From NCBI GenBank assembly GCA_028283145.1, contig JAPYNY010000066.1, positions 2,171 through 66,170 of the forward strand: 64,000 nt of DNA. Direction: 5' to 3'. Position numbers and translations under genes: made by a program. Origin of the DNA: Candidatus Hopanoidivorans cymbastelae (GTDB lineage: Bacteria > Actinomycetota > Acidimicrobiia > Acidimicrobiales > Hopanoidiivorantaceae). Position 1 is the stretch's first letter. The number at the start of each line of letters is the position of its first letter. This document shows positions 17,925 to 28,484 of the stretch, one piece after another. Below the pieces are notes generated by a model. The model saw only the letters and a list, made by a program, of their open reading frames with translations, had not been told where the DNA came from and did no database searches.

Positions 17925-18893
17925 CTAGCTATCCAAGGCAGCCGTCCCCGCCCCTGCAACACCCGAAGCACCAGTGCCAACCTTCGAACCTCCGGGAAAC
18001 TGCTCACCATTGGAGGAAAACTCTTTGAGAGCTTTTTCAATGTCGCTGCGATACTTCAACAAGATATTGGCTGTGTCAGACGCAATTTCAGCGTCAATGT
18101 GAGACACTCCCAGCAACACCAAAGTGCGTGCCCAATCCAAAGTCTCAGACACGGACGGAGACTTCTTCAAATCCAACTGGCGCACTGAACGCACGATTCG
18201 GGCTATCTGGTCGGCCAAGGTTTCAGTGATCTCAGGCACTTTGGTCAGCACGATCTCCCTCTCACGCTCCAAATCGGGGTAGTCAATATAGAGATACAGA
18301 CAACGTCGCTTCAGCGCCTCCGAAAGCTCCCTAGTGCTGTTGGAGGTCAGAAACACAAGTGGAATTTGCGTAGCTTCAACTGTGCCCAACTCCGGAATAG
18401 ACACCTGGTAATCGCTCAACACCTCTAGCAGCAAAGCCTCGGTTTCCACTTCAACTCTGTCAATTTCATCTATCAGCAGCACCACAGGCTCTTCAGCCCT
18501 GATTGCCTCCAGCAGAGGTCGCGTCAACAAGAACGGCTCAGAAAAAATGCTCTCCTCCATCTCTTCCCAGCCACGATTGGTTGCACCCTCAGGCATCCCA
18601 TCTGAAATTTGCCGCTCAGCTTGAATTCTCAAAAGCTGCTTTTTGTAGTTCCATTCATACAGCGCCTTGGACTCATCCAAACCCTCATAACACTGCAGGC
18701 GAATCAGCCTAGAATTCGTCAGGTCTGCCACGCTCTTGGCCAACTGCGTTTTGCCGGTGCCGGCTGGCCCTTCCACCAGCACAGGCTTGCCCAGACGGTC
18801 GGCTAGATAGACCACTCCTGAAATGCCGTCGTCAGCCAGATATTTCACATCGCTCAGGCCTGAGCGCACTTGCGTGGGCGTTTCAAAACGCAT
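17925..18893 (-). CDS. MoxR-like AAA+ ATPase (CoxD-like)
   Basis: Walker A GPAGTGKTQLAK, Walker B VLLIDEIDR, about 320 aa as in single-ring MoxR ATPases. Confidence 0.85.
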   Translation of the reverse strand: MRFETPTQVRSGLSDVKYLADDGISGVVYLADRLGKPVLVEGPAGTGKTQLAKSVADLTNSRLIRLQCYEGLDESKALYEWNYKKQLLRIQAERQISDGMPEGATNRGWEEMEESIFSEPFLLTRPLLEAIRAEEPVVLLIDEIDRVEVETEALLLEVLSDYQVSIPELGTVEATQIPLVFLTSNSTRELSEALKRRCLYLYIDYPDLEREREIVLTKVPEITETLADQIARIVRSVRQLDLKKSPSVSETLDWARTLVLLGVSHIDAEIASDTANILLKYRSDIEKALKEFSSNGEQFPGGSKVGTGASGVAGAGTAALDS

Positions 18894-18897
18894 AAAG

Positions 18898-20205
18898 TCA
18901 GCCCCTGACCTGCCCGTCGCCGCGCACGATATAACGCGCAGTGGTCAACTGTGCCAGACCCATCGGGCCTCTGGCGTGCAGTTTCTGCGTGCTGATGCCA
19001 ATCTCGGCTCCATAGCCTAGCTCCTCCCCGTCGGAAAAGCGAGTTGAAGCGTTCACAAAAACCACCGCAGCGTCCACCTCTTTCACGAACCGCTCAGCAG
19101 TCCCGTAGTCTGACGTAACAATAGCCTCTGAATGCCCTGAGTTGTGAGAGTTGATGTGGGCTATCGCAACGTCCACATCTTCCACCACGCACACCGACAT
19201 TTTCAAATCCAAGAACTCACGGCTGAAATCGCCAGGCTCGGCTGGTTGAATGCTAGGAGAAATCCGACACGCTTCAGAGTCGCCCACCAACATAACACCT
19301 GCCAAGTCAGCCACAACCAGAGGCAAGAACGCCCCCGCAATATCTCGGTGAACCACCAGCGATTCAGCAGCGTTGCACACCGACGGACGCTGGGTTTTGG
19401 CATTCACCACAATCTGCCTAGCCATCTCAAAATCGGCTGAGCTATCAACATAAATATGGCAGTTGCCATCCCCATCAATGATGTATGGCACGGTGGCATT
19501 CTCCAACACCGAAGCGATCAGCCCGTGCCCGCCTCTGGGAATGAGACAATCTATGACATCGGTCAGCTGCATGAACTTCACCGCCGCCTCGCGGGAAGTG
19601 TCTTCAACCAGAATCAAGGCATCCGCCGGCAATCCAGCCTCGCTGAAAGCCTCTCGTAACACATCAGCAATAGCAATATTTGACTCCAACGCCATGGACG
19701 ACCCGCGTAAAAATGCCACATTGCCCGATTTGACACACAGAGCGGCAGCATCGCTGGTGACGTTGGGACGGCTTTCGTAGATGATGGCGACGACACCCAA
19801 CGGCGAGCGCACTTGCTCCACTCGCAGACCATTGGGACGGGTATTGCCTGCCACAACCTCCCCAACAGGGTCGGCCAAGCCAGCTACAGCCCGCAAGCCA
19901 GAAGCCATCGCCTCCAAGCGTGCTGGATTTAGCTTCAGGCGGTCAATGAGCGTTTCTGAAATGCCCGCTTGCCTGGAAGTCGCAATGTCTGCAGCGTTGG
20001 CGGCCAAAATTTCATCAGAATGCTCCAGCAGCCTTTCAGCCCCGAGTAATAATGCAGCATTTTTGACTGAAGTAGCAACTGCCGCCACTTGAGGAGCTGC
20101 TGTTTTAGCTCGGTCTCCCAACTCAGCAACCGTGAATTTGGACCTGCTGTTGAATTTAGGACTGCTTTCAGGCGTCGCAAGCTCTTGTGAAATTACAGAA
20201 GTCAC
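18898..20205 (-). CDS. proA: Gamma-glutamyl phosphate reductase
   Basis: VIYESRPNVTSDAAALCVKSGNVAFLRGSS and a C-terminal RGPMGL motif typical of ProA; 435 aa. Confidence 0.9.
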   Translation of the reverse strand: MTSVISQELATPESSPKFNSRSKFTVAELGDRAKTAAPQVAAVATSVKNAALLLGAERLLEHSDEILAANAADIATSRQAGISETLIDRLKLNPARLEAMASGLRAVAGLADPVGEVVAGNTRPNGLRVEQVRSPLGVVAIIYESRPNVTSDAAALCVKSGNVAFLRGSSMALESNIAIADVLREAFSEAGLPADALILVEDTSREAAVKFMQLTDVIDCLIPRGGHGLIASVLENATVPYIIDGDGNCHIYVDSSADFEMARQIVVNAKTQRPSVCNAAESLVVHRDIAGAFLPLVVADLAGVMLVGDSEACRISPSIQPAEPGDFSREFLDLKMSVCVVEDVDVAIAHINSHNSGHSEAIVTSDYGTAERFVKEVDAAVVFVNASTRFSDGEELGYGAEIGISTQKLHARGPMGLAQLTTARYIVRGDGQVRG

Positions 20206-20459
20206 AATTCCTTTATGCTACCGCCTGACTGGCAAAGCTATATAAAGAGCCTGCTGTAAGGTGCCCAATTGAGTGGGCAAAAAGCACCGGGTACCAATTG
20301 GTGAGCAACCTGGGGTCGTTGATGATGCTACGGGGTGCCAAAAATATCGCTGGAGTGCTGTGGGATTGCTGCGAGGCAAAACATCTAGACAACCCGCATA
20401 CAAAATCTTGACTAAATTTCATTTTCTAGCCACAGCATAAACTAGCCTGTTTATGCGGT

Positions 20460-22202
20460 ATGACCAGTTCTCATTCGGCCGCGCCTCACCACCCTCAAAT
20501 TCCTGCCTCCAGAGCTTCTTCTGGTCGCAGCGGGCGCAATGCTGTTTTGGTGGGCGCCGGCATTGTGCTGTCTCGTATTTCAGGGGTGATACGGGAAGGT
20601 TTCCTGGCCGCATATCTTGGTACCCGCTCTTCGGCTGATGCCTTCAGCGCCGCTTTGCGCATACCTAAACTGCTGCAGAACCTGCTGGGTGAAGGGGCGC
20701 TGTCGGCCTCCTTCATTCCCGTTTACTCACAGGTGCTTCACAGAGACGACGAAAGGCGCGCCGGGCAAGTAGCCGGGGCAGTGGCTGGCCTTTTGACCCT
20801 GCTGACGGGCGCCCTTGTACTATTTGCGGTTCTGGCTGCCAGACCTCTGGCTGCCGTCATCGCACCCGGCTTTGCGGGGCAAAAACATGAACTGACTGTT
20901 TATCTCATCCGCATAGTGGCTCCTGGAATTGGGTTTTTGGTGCTGTCGGCTTGGTGCTTAGGGGTGCTCAACGCCCACAGAAAATTTTTTCTTTCGTATG
21001 TGGCCCCGGTGCTGTGGAACACCGCTATTATCTGCGGGCTGGCTATAGCCGGAATCCGCGCTTGGGCCGAAGAAAACATAGCTGAGGCAGCAGCTTGGGG
21101 AGTGCTGATAGGCGGAGCTCTGCAGTTCCTCATCCAACTGCCTGCCATCAGAGCGCTGGTGCCACACCTGAGACTGACTTTTTCCACACGATTGGCAGCT
21201 GTCAGAGTTGTCATGCGTCGGTTTTTGCCGGCCGTGGCCGGACGCGGGGTTGTCACCCTAGGCAACTACACCGACTTATTTCTGGCTTCTTTGCTGGCAA
21301 CAGGAGCCGTATCAGTGCTAGACCGCGCCCAAGTGCTGTATCTGCTGCCAATCAGTGTTTTTGCTGTCAGCGTGGCAGCAGCCGACCTGCCCGAACTCTC
21401 CCGCGAAAGCGCCGTCAGCACAGACTTCTCCCACTCAAACAACCAAGCCATAACCCACAGACTGGCTGTTGGCAGCGAGCGGGTGCTGCTGTTTTTGATG
21501 TTTTCAGCAGTGGCATTCATTGTCTTTGGACGACTGATCGTCTCCGCCCTATATGAGAGAGTCAACTTTACTGCTGACGACACTTTGTTGGTGTGGGCTA
21601 CCCTAGCTGTCTATAGCTTGGGAATGGTCTCTACAGGACTGTCACGCCTGTTGCAAAATGCCTGCTATGCTTCAGGCGATGTTACTGGGCCAGCCCGAAT
21701 TTCGGCCGTGCGGCTGAGTTTGTCGGTAGTGGTTGGTGTTGTGCTGATGTTCCAGTTTGACCGCATCGTCATATTGAACGAAACGTTCTATGATCTCGGC
21801 TCTTTGCCCACTTTTGGGCCGCTAGACAGCGACATCCGCCAAGAAACCGACCTGCGTCACCTAGGGCCCTTGGGTTTGGCATTTGGCAGCGCGCTAGGCG
21901 CTTGGGTGGAGTTGAGTCTGCTGAAAAGACGTATCCGGCTGACACTGCGCCACCGAATTTCCTTCAGGCGATCTGTGTTGCGCCTCATACCGGCAGCCAT
22001 TGTGTCAGCCCTGTTTGGTCTGCTGGTAGCGGTGTCCATGCGCTCACAACCCACCATCGCAACAGCCATTATTGCCTTGTTGGTAGCTGGACTGGTCTAT
22101 CTGCTGGCAGCCAACGCAGCAGGACACCCCACTTCCCGAGCCATGTTTCAACCGATACGCCGAGCCATCTGGGGCCGACCACCGCCCAGCCAAGGAAGCT
22201 AG
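20460..22202 (+). CDS. murJ: Lipid II flippase MurJ/MviN family
   Basis: LSRISGVIREGFLAAYLGTRSSADAFSAALRIPKLLQNLLGEGALSASFIPVYS is the canonical MurJ N-terminus. The protein is polytopic and 580 aa. Confidence 0.85.
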   Translation: MTSSHSAAPHHPQIPASRASSGRSGRNAVLVGAGIVLSRISGVIREGFLAAYLGTRSSADAFSAALRIPKLLQNLLGEGALSASFIPVYSQVLHRDDERRAGQVAGAVAGLLTLLTGALVLFAVLAARPLAAVIAPGFAGQKHELTVYLIRIVAPGIGFLVLSAWCLGVLNAHRKFFLSYVAPVLWNTAIICGLAIAGIRAWAEENIAEAAAWGVLIGGALQFLIQLPAIRALVPHLRLTFSTRLAAVRVVMRRFLPAVAGRGVVTLGNYTDLFLASLLATGAVSVLDRAQVLYLLPISVFAVSVAAADLPELSRESAVSTDFSHSNNQAITHRLAVGSERVLLFLMFSAVAFIVFGRLIVSALYERVNFTADDTLLVWATLAVYSLGMVSTGLSRLLQNACYASGDVTGPARISAVRLSLSVVVGVVLMFQFDRIVILNETFYDLGSLPTFGPLDSDIRQETDLRHLGPLGLAFGSALGAWVELSLLKRRIRLTLRHRISFRRSVLRLIPAAIVSALFGLLVAVSMRSQPTIATAIIALLVAGLVYLLAANAAGHPTSRAMFQPIRRAIWGRPPPSQGS

Positions 22203-22264
22203 ACAGCTAGGGGCACAAGATTTCCAAGGGTGCAAGAGCCTCCGCACCCCCTGCCACTCAAAAT

Positions 22265-23413
22265 CTAGCCCAACACAATCATATGGTCTCTGTGAATCAA
22301 CTCAGCATTCGAATTTTGGGGCAGCTCACTTGAACGTTTGCCCGCTGCTTGAGCCGCCTGCTGGCTAGCCAGCGAAACCAAGCCCTTAGCCACAACCTGC
22401 CCATCTGAAGTCTGCACCTCCACCGCATCTCCAGCCACAAATTCCCCCGAGACCTCCGTTACTCCCACCGTCAGCAACGAACTGCCCTTGTCCAGCAGGG
22501 CTCTGGCTGCGCCACCATCCACGATTACCTTCCCCTTGGACGGCAGGGCGAAGCCAATCCAAAGTTTGCGCGCTGACAATCTGGAGTCGCGGGGGTGAAA
22601 CACTGTGCCCACCTCACGGCCAGCTATGGCATCTTGGATAATGTTTTCGCGCTTGCTCAAAGCTATCACCACTTCCACCCCGGAATGCGCGGCAATCTTA
22701 GCCGCCGACAGCTTTGACGCCATCCCACCACGCGATTGAAAAGACCCAGCTTTGCCGGCAACTGCTTCCAGCTTCGCATCGACCTCCTCAACCTCAGCAA
22801 TCAAGGAGGCATCTTGGGCAACTCTGGGGTCGGCTGTGAAAACTCCTTCGGTATCGGTCAACAACAACAGCTTGTCGGCACGCACCAGATGAGCTACCAG
22901 AGCTGCAATGCGGTCGTTGTCGCCAAAGCCAATGGCATCGTTGGCCACAGCATCATTTTCGTTGACAACTGGCACCACCCCCAACTCCAGCAACCGCTCC
23001 AGCACACCCCTAGCCAGCAGATAGCGGGAGCGCTCAAAGAAATCGCTTGGAGCCACCAGCACCTGCCCGACATTTATGCCGTGTTCAGTAAAAGCCTGCT
23101 CATAGGCGGCCATAAGCCGACTTTGACCGACTGTGGAAAGCGCCTGCAGCGTAGCTGAGTTTGCGTTCTCGCGGCTGATTTTCAGCACTGACTCACCTGC
23201 TGTGATTGCCCCTGAAGTTACAACCAACAGCTGATGCCCGTCCTTGACTGCGACTGCGACTTGCGCAGCCAAGGATGCGATGGCAGCATGATCTATGGCG
23301 GCATGAGCAACGGCTGCTGGGGCAACACTGTCGCTAAAACCAGCTGGGCCACTGCCAGCAGCAATCTCTCGCTTGGTCAGCGAAGAAGTCCCGATTTTGA
23401 CTACAACAATCAT
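22265..23413 (-). CDS. proB: Glutamate 5-kinase (with PUA domain)
   Basis: N-terminus IVVVKIGTSSLT, amino-acid kinase fold motifs, C-terminal PUA-like region. Overlaps the obg stop by 4 nt. Confidence 0.9.
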   Translation of the reverse strand: MIVVVKIGTSSLTKREIAAGSGPAGFSDSVAPAAVAHAAIDHAAIASLAAQVAVAVKDGHQLLVVTSGAITAGESVLKISRENANSATLQALSTVGQSRLMAAYEQAFTEHGINVGQVLVAPSDFFERSRYLLARGVLERLLELGVVPVVNENDAVANDAIGFGDNDRIAALVAHLVRADKLLLLTDTEGVFTADPRVAQDASLIAEVEEVDAKLEAVAGKAGSFQSRGGMASKLSAAKIAAHSGVEVVIALSKRENIIQDAIAGREVGTVFHPRDSRLSARKLWIGFALPSKGKVIVDGGAARALLDKGSSLLTVGVTEVSGEFVAGDAVEVQTSDGQVVAKGLVSLASQQAAQAAGKRSSELPQNSNAELIHRDHMIVLG

Positions 23414-24729
23414 GAATCCTTCAAAAAGACCTCATCATCAGCGTATTCAAACTCTAACGTCCCCACATAGACACTGTCCCCATTTCGCACTCCAGCTCGG
23501 CGTAAAACGGTCTCAACTCCCAGTTTGTCCAATCTCTCCAACGCAAACTCCAGTGCACCTGGCTGGGTCAAGTCCGACAGCGCTACGGCCCGCTCGGCAG
23601 TTCGACCTGAAATTCTCCAACCAGATTTCTCGCGGGTAGCCGTAATGGAATCAGCCAGCGGACGGTGAATGACCATCTCCGTATCCCGTACTGACGGCTT
23701 AGCATCCGCAGGAATGTCCCTGCCCGCACGGACCAGCTGTTCCATCTTCTCAACTAACTCCCCCAGCCCCTCCCCTGTTACAGCTGAGAACACCGCATCA
23801 ACAGGCTCCACCTCTTGGCGCTGCACCTCAGATACCTGGGACAACAAGTCCGCCTTGGAAATAGCAACCAGACGGGGTCTGTCCAACAACTCGGGGGAAT
23901 AAGCTTCCAACTCCTGCGACAACACCTCCAGTTGTCGACTGGGAGAAGTGCCATCCAAAGCCATAGGATCCAGCAGCATCACCAGCACTCGGGCCCGCTC
24001 GATGTGGCGCAAGAATCTCATGCCCAAACCGACCCCTTGGCTAGCTCCTGCTATCAGACCCGGCACATCGGCTACTATCCAGTCAAAATCTCCGATGCCA
24101 CTACCACCCACGACCACCCCTAAATTGGGCTCCAACGTGGTGAAGGGATAGTCGGCAATCTTGGGCTTGGCAGCTGAAATTCTGGAGATCAGGGTGCTCT
24201 TGCCTGCGTTCGGAAACCCCACCAAGGCTACATCTGCCAGCAACTTCAACTCCAGCTTCAACCAGCGCTCCTCTCCCTGCTCAGCTTGCTCAGCAAAAGC
24301 GGGGGCCCGGCGACGATTGCTCAAAAACTTGGCGTTGCCCTTGCCGCCTTCGCCTCCCTTGGCGGCCATCCAACGCTCCCCCGAAGCCACCAGGTCACAG
24401 AGAAACTCGCCATCTTGCGACCGAACTGTGGTGCCTTCAGGCACATGCACCAGACAATCCTGTCCTCTAGTGCCGTGGCGACGCTTGCCTGAGCCATGCT
24501 TGCCGTGACCAGCTCGGCGGTGGGGATGATCTTTGAAAGCAATCAACGAAGCGATATTGTGGTCGGCTATCAGCCAGACGTCTCCCCCGGCCCCGCCGTC
24601 TCCCCCATCTGGCCCACCTCGGGCCACCTTGGCTTCGCGCCTGAACGACACGCAGCCGGCGCCGCCGTTGCCTCCCTGCACGCAAATAGCGCATTCATCT
24701 ACAAAATTAGATACAGACTCCCGTGCCAC
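23410..24729 (-). CDS. obg: GTPase Obg/CgtA
   Basis: FVDECAICVQGGNGGAGCVSFRRE (Obg fold), GFPNAGKST, DVPGLI, and a C-terminal TGS-like/OCT extension. I moved the start to GTG 24729 (MARESVSNFVDE). The track start 24825 adds a hydrophobic 32 aa extension not expected for Obg. Confidence 0.85.
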   Translation of the reverse strand: MARESVSNFVDECAICVQGGNGGAGCVSFRREAKVARGGPDGGDGGAGGDVWLIADHNIASLIAFKDHPHRRAGHGKHGSGKRRHGTRGQDCLVHVPEGTTVRSQDGEFLCDLVASGERWMAAKGGEGGKGNAKFLSNRRRAPAFAEQAEQGEERWLKLELKLLADVALVGFPNAGKSTLISRISAAKPKIADYPFTTLEPNLGVVVGGSGIGDFDWIVADVPGLIAGASQGVGLGMRFLRHIERARVLVMLLDPMALDGTSPSRQLEVLSQELEAYSPELLDRPRLVAISKADLLSQVSEVQRQEVEPVDAVFSAVTGEGLGELVEKMEQLVRAGRDIPADAKPSVRDTEMVIHRPLADSITATREKSGWRISGRTAERAVALSDLTQPGALEFALERLDKLGVETVLRRAGVRNGDSVYVGTLEFEYADDEVFLKDS

Positions 24730-24855
24730 TGCAACTAGCTTAGATATATGTAGAGACACTGCCAAGCCAGCAGCCACGAACCGCGCAACAAATAGCGAAA
24801 GAACCGCCCAAAACCGCCCAGCCATACGCTAACCCAGCCAAACCCCGTCCCAGCA

Positions 24856-26148
24856 ATGTTCCTAGAATACACCGAAGACGAACAAGCCATTTATGATGCT
24901 TTTGCGGCTTTCTTTGAAAAGGAGTGCCCCCCGGAAGTAGTTCGCTCATCTGAGCCGCTGGGCTTTTCTCAGCCACTATGGGGGCAACTATGTGAAACAG
25001 GGGCAGTGGGAATGGCTATGCCCGTTGCGTGGGGTGGCGGCGGTGCCAGCCTGACAGAGTTGGGGATTGTAGTTTCACTTGTGGGAGCTCATCTTGCTCC
25101 TGTGCCTTTGATCGAACATGCCGTAGCTTCCAGGCTGATAGCCGAATTGCGTCAAATTCAGACTGGGCAAACCAGCGGCTATACATCTTCACAGGAAGCC
25201 TTTTACACTCCTGCTCCTATCCAGTCGAACTTCAGCCAGCCAACTTTAGCTTTGTTGGAGTCCTTGATTGACGGCTCTAAAATAGCAACCTTGGCGCTCA
25301 GACCTGCCAAGCCCGAAGCTCCTGACAACTCTGTTCCTGATAACCCTGCTGCCAAAGCCGATGCTTCCAAGACTCGCGCTGACTCTTCAACTAGTGCTTC
25401 GCCAGCAATTGCCAAGCTATTGCCGTCTGGAGCTGTGGCAGAAGTTTTTCTCACCCTGTCAGAATCGGACAACTCAGTCGACCAGCTAATAGCCACCACT
25501 AGCTCCCCGTCTTTCGCTTCTCTGCCCAACACAGCCGACCTGCCCATTGCCAACCGAGCTATTTTCAGCGCTGGTGGAGCCACGGGAGGAACTGACAGAG
25601 CCTCAGATGAGGCTTTCGGAGCCATGGGAAAGTTGGAAATGTCAGCAGCAGACAACTCCCAGCCAGGCAAGTCTTATGTTTTGGCTTCGGGGGAGCACGT
25701 CCTCTCCTGCTATGCCAAAGCCCTGAGCGAATGGAAAGCCCTCACAGCCATAGCCTTGTGTGGTCTCGGTAGGCGAGCCTTGGAAATTGGGGTGGACTAT
25801 GCCTTGGAGCGCAAGCAATTTGACCGGCCCATCGGTAGCTTTCAAGCCGTACAGCATGGACTGGCAGATGCAGCTGTGGAGCTTGAGGCAGCCTGGTATC
25901 TCTGCCAGAGAGCTCTTTGGATGTTGGACACCGACCAGCCTCAAGCTGCAGTGCACGCCTCCATGTCTTTTCTATTTGCGTCTGAAGCTGCACAGAAAGC
26001 CACCGCAGCGGTCTTGCACTACCACGGAGGCTACGGCTATGCCACAGAATACGACATTGGACTTTACTATCGCCGGGCTAAAGGCTGGAGTTTGATTTAT
26101 GACGACCCGACCAATGAATACCAGCGACTAGCCAATACGCTGCTCTGA
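24856..26148 (+). CDS. Acyl-CoA dehydrogenase family protein with a low-complexity Ala/Ser/Pro insertion
   Basis: The C-terminal domain RPIGSFQAVQHGLADAAVELEAA and YHGGYGY are ACAD-like. The central ~130 aa are low complexity. Confidence 0.65.
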   Translation: MFLEYTEDEQAIYDAFAAFFEKECPPEVVRSSEPLGFSQPLWGQLCETGAVGMAMPVAWGGGGASLTELGIVVSLVGAHLAPVPLIEHAVASRLIAELRQIQTGQTSGYTSSQEAFYTPAPIQSNFSQPTLALLESLIDGSKIATLALRPAKPEAPDNSVPDNPAAKADASKTRADSSTSASPAIAKLLPSGAVAEVFLTLSESDNSVDQLIATTSSPSFASLPNTADLPIANRAIFSAGGATGGTDRASDEAFGAMGKLEMSAADNSQPGKSYVLASGEHVLSCYAKALSEWKALTAIALCGLGRRALEIGVDYALERKQFDRPIGSFQAVQHGLADAAVELEAAWYLCQRALWMLDTDQPQAAVHASMSFLFASEAAQKATAAVLHYHGGYGYATEYDIGLYYRRAKGWSLIYDDPTNEYQRLANTLL

Positions 26149-26215
26149 CATGAGCCACCCTTTTTCCACCCACGACTAAGCCAACAACCCAACCTTCACA
26201 ACAACCTGATTTCAA

Positions 26216-27382
26216 ATGAACTTCGCCCTGACACCACTGGAAGAGAACTTCCGAGCAGAATTGCGTCAGTTTTGCGCTGAGCACGTCACACCAGAAGTCC
26301 GCGAGCAAACCCGCAGCGGCACACTTCACAACTGGGAGCTCCACCGCAAGATTGCTGAAAGAGGTTGGCTCTGGGGTGCCATCTTGTCTGAGTTGGGAGG
26401 CGGCGGTCGTAGCCCGATGGAAATGGCTGTCTTCACCGAGGAGCTGCAGCTGGCTTGTGCACCCATTGACGGCATCGGCAACATCGTGTTGGTGGCTTCT
26501 GTAATTCTGGAGCTGGGCAACAGCTTCCTCAAAAGCGAAGTGGTGCCCAAACTGCTGAACGGAGAATCCTTGGTCTCTTTAGGCTACAGCGAACCTGAAG
26601 CTGGCTCAGACGTGGCAGCCTGTCGTACCAAGGCTGAGCGTGACGGCGAACAGTGGATTATCAACGGCCAGAAGATGTGGACGACCATGGCCCACGAAGC
26701 CGACTTTGTCATTTTGTTGACCCGCACCGACCCTGAACTGCCCAAACACAGGGGTTTGACCATGTTCATAGTGCCTCTGGATGCGCCAGGCGTGGAAATT
26801 CAGCCTGTTCATACCATCGGCACCGAGCGCACCAACGCAACTTTCTACGATAATGTCCGCATCACCGACAACTGGCGCTTGGGAGAAGTCAACCAGGGCT
26901 GGCAAGTCATGCTGGCGTGTCTGAAATATGAACGAGGTTTTGCCGGCGGGCAGTATCCTTCGGCGCCTCTGATTGAGGCGGCCAAGCAATATGCCCAAAG
27001 CCACCACAACTCAGAAGGCACAGCCATCATAGAAAATCCTGTCGTCCGTGAGCGTCTGGTGCGTGCCATGATTGACTTGGAAGCTTGCCGTGTGTTGGCG
27101 TATCGGACGGCCTACATCGCAGCTGCCGGAGAGCAATTCGGAGTGGAAGGTTCCATGACCAAACTGTTTTCGTCTGAGCGCTATCAACAGCACTGCAACT
27201 GGTTCTTGGACATGTTGGGGCCTGAAGGCTTGCTGCAATGGGGCACTGCGGGCGCCCACGAAGACGGGGAGATTGAGGAAAACTGGCGGCACGCCCCCGT
27301 TACCACCATCTACGGGGGCACCAGCGAAATCCAGCGAAACAACATTGCCGAGCATCGCCTGGGGCTGCCACGCTCACGCTAG
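26216..27382 (+). CDS. Acyl-CoA dehydrogenase
   Basis: GYSEPEAGSDVAA, WIINGQKMWTT, YGGTSEIQRNNIA. Confidence 0.85.
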   Translation: MNFALTPLEENFRAELRQFCAEHVTPEVREQTRSGTLHNWELHRKIAERGWLWGAILSELGGGGRSPMEMAVFTEELQLACAPIDGIGNIVLVASVILELGNSFLKSEVVPKLLNGESLVSLGYSEPEAGSDVAACRTKAERDGEQWIINGQKMWTTMAHEADFVILLTRTDPELPKHRGLTMFIVPLDAPGVEIQPVHTIGTERTNATFYDNVRITDNWRLGEVNQGWQVMLACLKYERGFAGGQYPSAPLIEAAKQYAQSHHNSEGTAIIENPVVRERLVRAMIDLEACRVLAYRTAYIAAAGEQFGVEGSMTKLFSSERYQQHCNWFLDMLGPEGLLQWGTAGAHEDGEIEENWRHAPVTTIYGGTSEIQRNNIAEHRLGLPRSR

Positions 27383-27440
27383 AGCTTGATTCACCTCGCT
27401 CACGCTAGTGCCTGTGCGCTCCGGCACCGCTGCTAGCGGG

Positions 27441-28484
27441 TTAGCGGCTATTTGCTAAATCCCTGTGTTCAACTGAGACAGCAAACCCCTTAAGGCGCAA
27501 ACGCTCAGCTATCTCTTCCGCCACACAGACCGACCGGTGCCTTCCCCCTGTGCAGCCAAACGCCAGCGTAACATAGGAACGACCCTGCTGGGTGTACTCA
27601 GGCAGCAAGCCGAGATACATCTCTACCTGTTGCCCTACAAACTCAGCCGCCGAAGCCAATACAAAATCACGCACCTGGCTGTCCAGCCCTGTGAAATCCC
27701 GCAACTCTGCCTCCCAGTGCGGGTTGGCCATGAACCGACAATCCATGACCGTATCGGCATCGGCGGGTAAGCCGTACTTGTAGCCAAACGAAACTAGGCG
27801 CACCTGCATGGCTTTGCCATCTGAATCAAATCCAAAAGCATCTGCTATGCGCACCTGCAATTGGTGGATATTTAAGCTGGAAGTGTCGATCACCACATCA
27901 GCCAAGACCTTCAACTCGCGCAGAGCCTCCCGCTCGGCTTCAATAGCCTTTTCAAGTCCCATGTCGGAGGTGGACGCACCGGCGGCCGCGGGATTGGCGA
28001 CGGTGGCCGCGGCAGAAACGGAGGCGGCGGCACTTCCAGCCGCCACGCTCTGCCCCTCCAGTGCAATCCGCCCAGCCAGCACGAAAGGATGTGGACGGCG
28101 CGTGCTGCCGTATCTTTGAACCAGCACAGGTGTGCTAGCTTCCAAAAACAGCACACGGGTCTGGAAACCAGATCGCGATTTGAGGTTTGCTATCGCTTCG
28201 GCCACCTGACGACTTGGCCCACCCATAACAGCTTTGGCGCCGTTGCCTCCCGACCCCACCACAAAAGCTAATCTGCCAAAATCTCCGCTCTGTCCCCCCG
28301 CCAGTTCGATCACCTTTTCAATCAAGCGCACTGGCAGGTTGTCAATAACGAAATAACCCAAGTCGTCAAAATGGTTGGCAGCACCTGAGCGTCCAGCTCC
28401 GGACATCCCGCAAATGATCACCAGTTGTCTGGCTGACGAATGTCCCGCTGTCATGTTCCCAGAAGCCATGTTCCCCTCAATCAC
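27441..28484 (-). CDS. rapZ: RNase adapter / nucleotide-binding protein RapZ (YvcJ family)
   Basis: P-loop GMSGAGRS, FGYKYGLPADADTVMDCRFMANPHW, GCTGGRHRSV. Carries an Ala-rich insertion and overlaps the uvrC stop by 4 nt. Confidence 0.85.
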   Translation of the reverse strand: MIEGNMASGNMTAGHSSARQLVIICGMSGAGRSGAANHFDDLGYFVIDNLPVRLIEKVIELAGGQSGDFGRLAFVVGSGGNGAKAVMGGPSRQVAEAIANLKSRSGFQTRVLFLEASTPVLVQRYGSTRRPHPFVLAGRIALEGQSVAAGSAAASVSAAATVANPAAAGASTSDMGLEKAIEAEREALRELKVLADVVIDTSSLNIHQLQVRIADAFGFDSDGKAMQVRLVSFGYKYGLPADADTVMDCRFMANPHWEAELRDFTGLDSQVRDFVLASAAEFVGQQVEMYLGLLPEYTQQGRSYVTLAFGCTGGRHRSVCVAEEIAERLRLKGFAVSVEHRDLANSR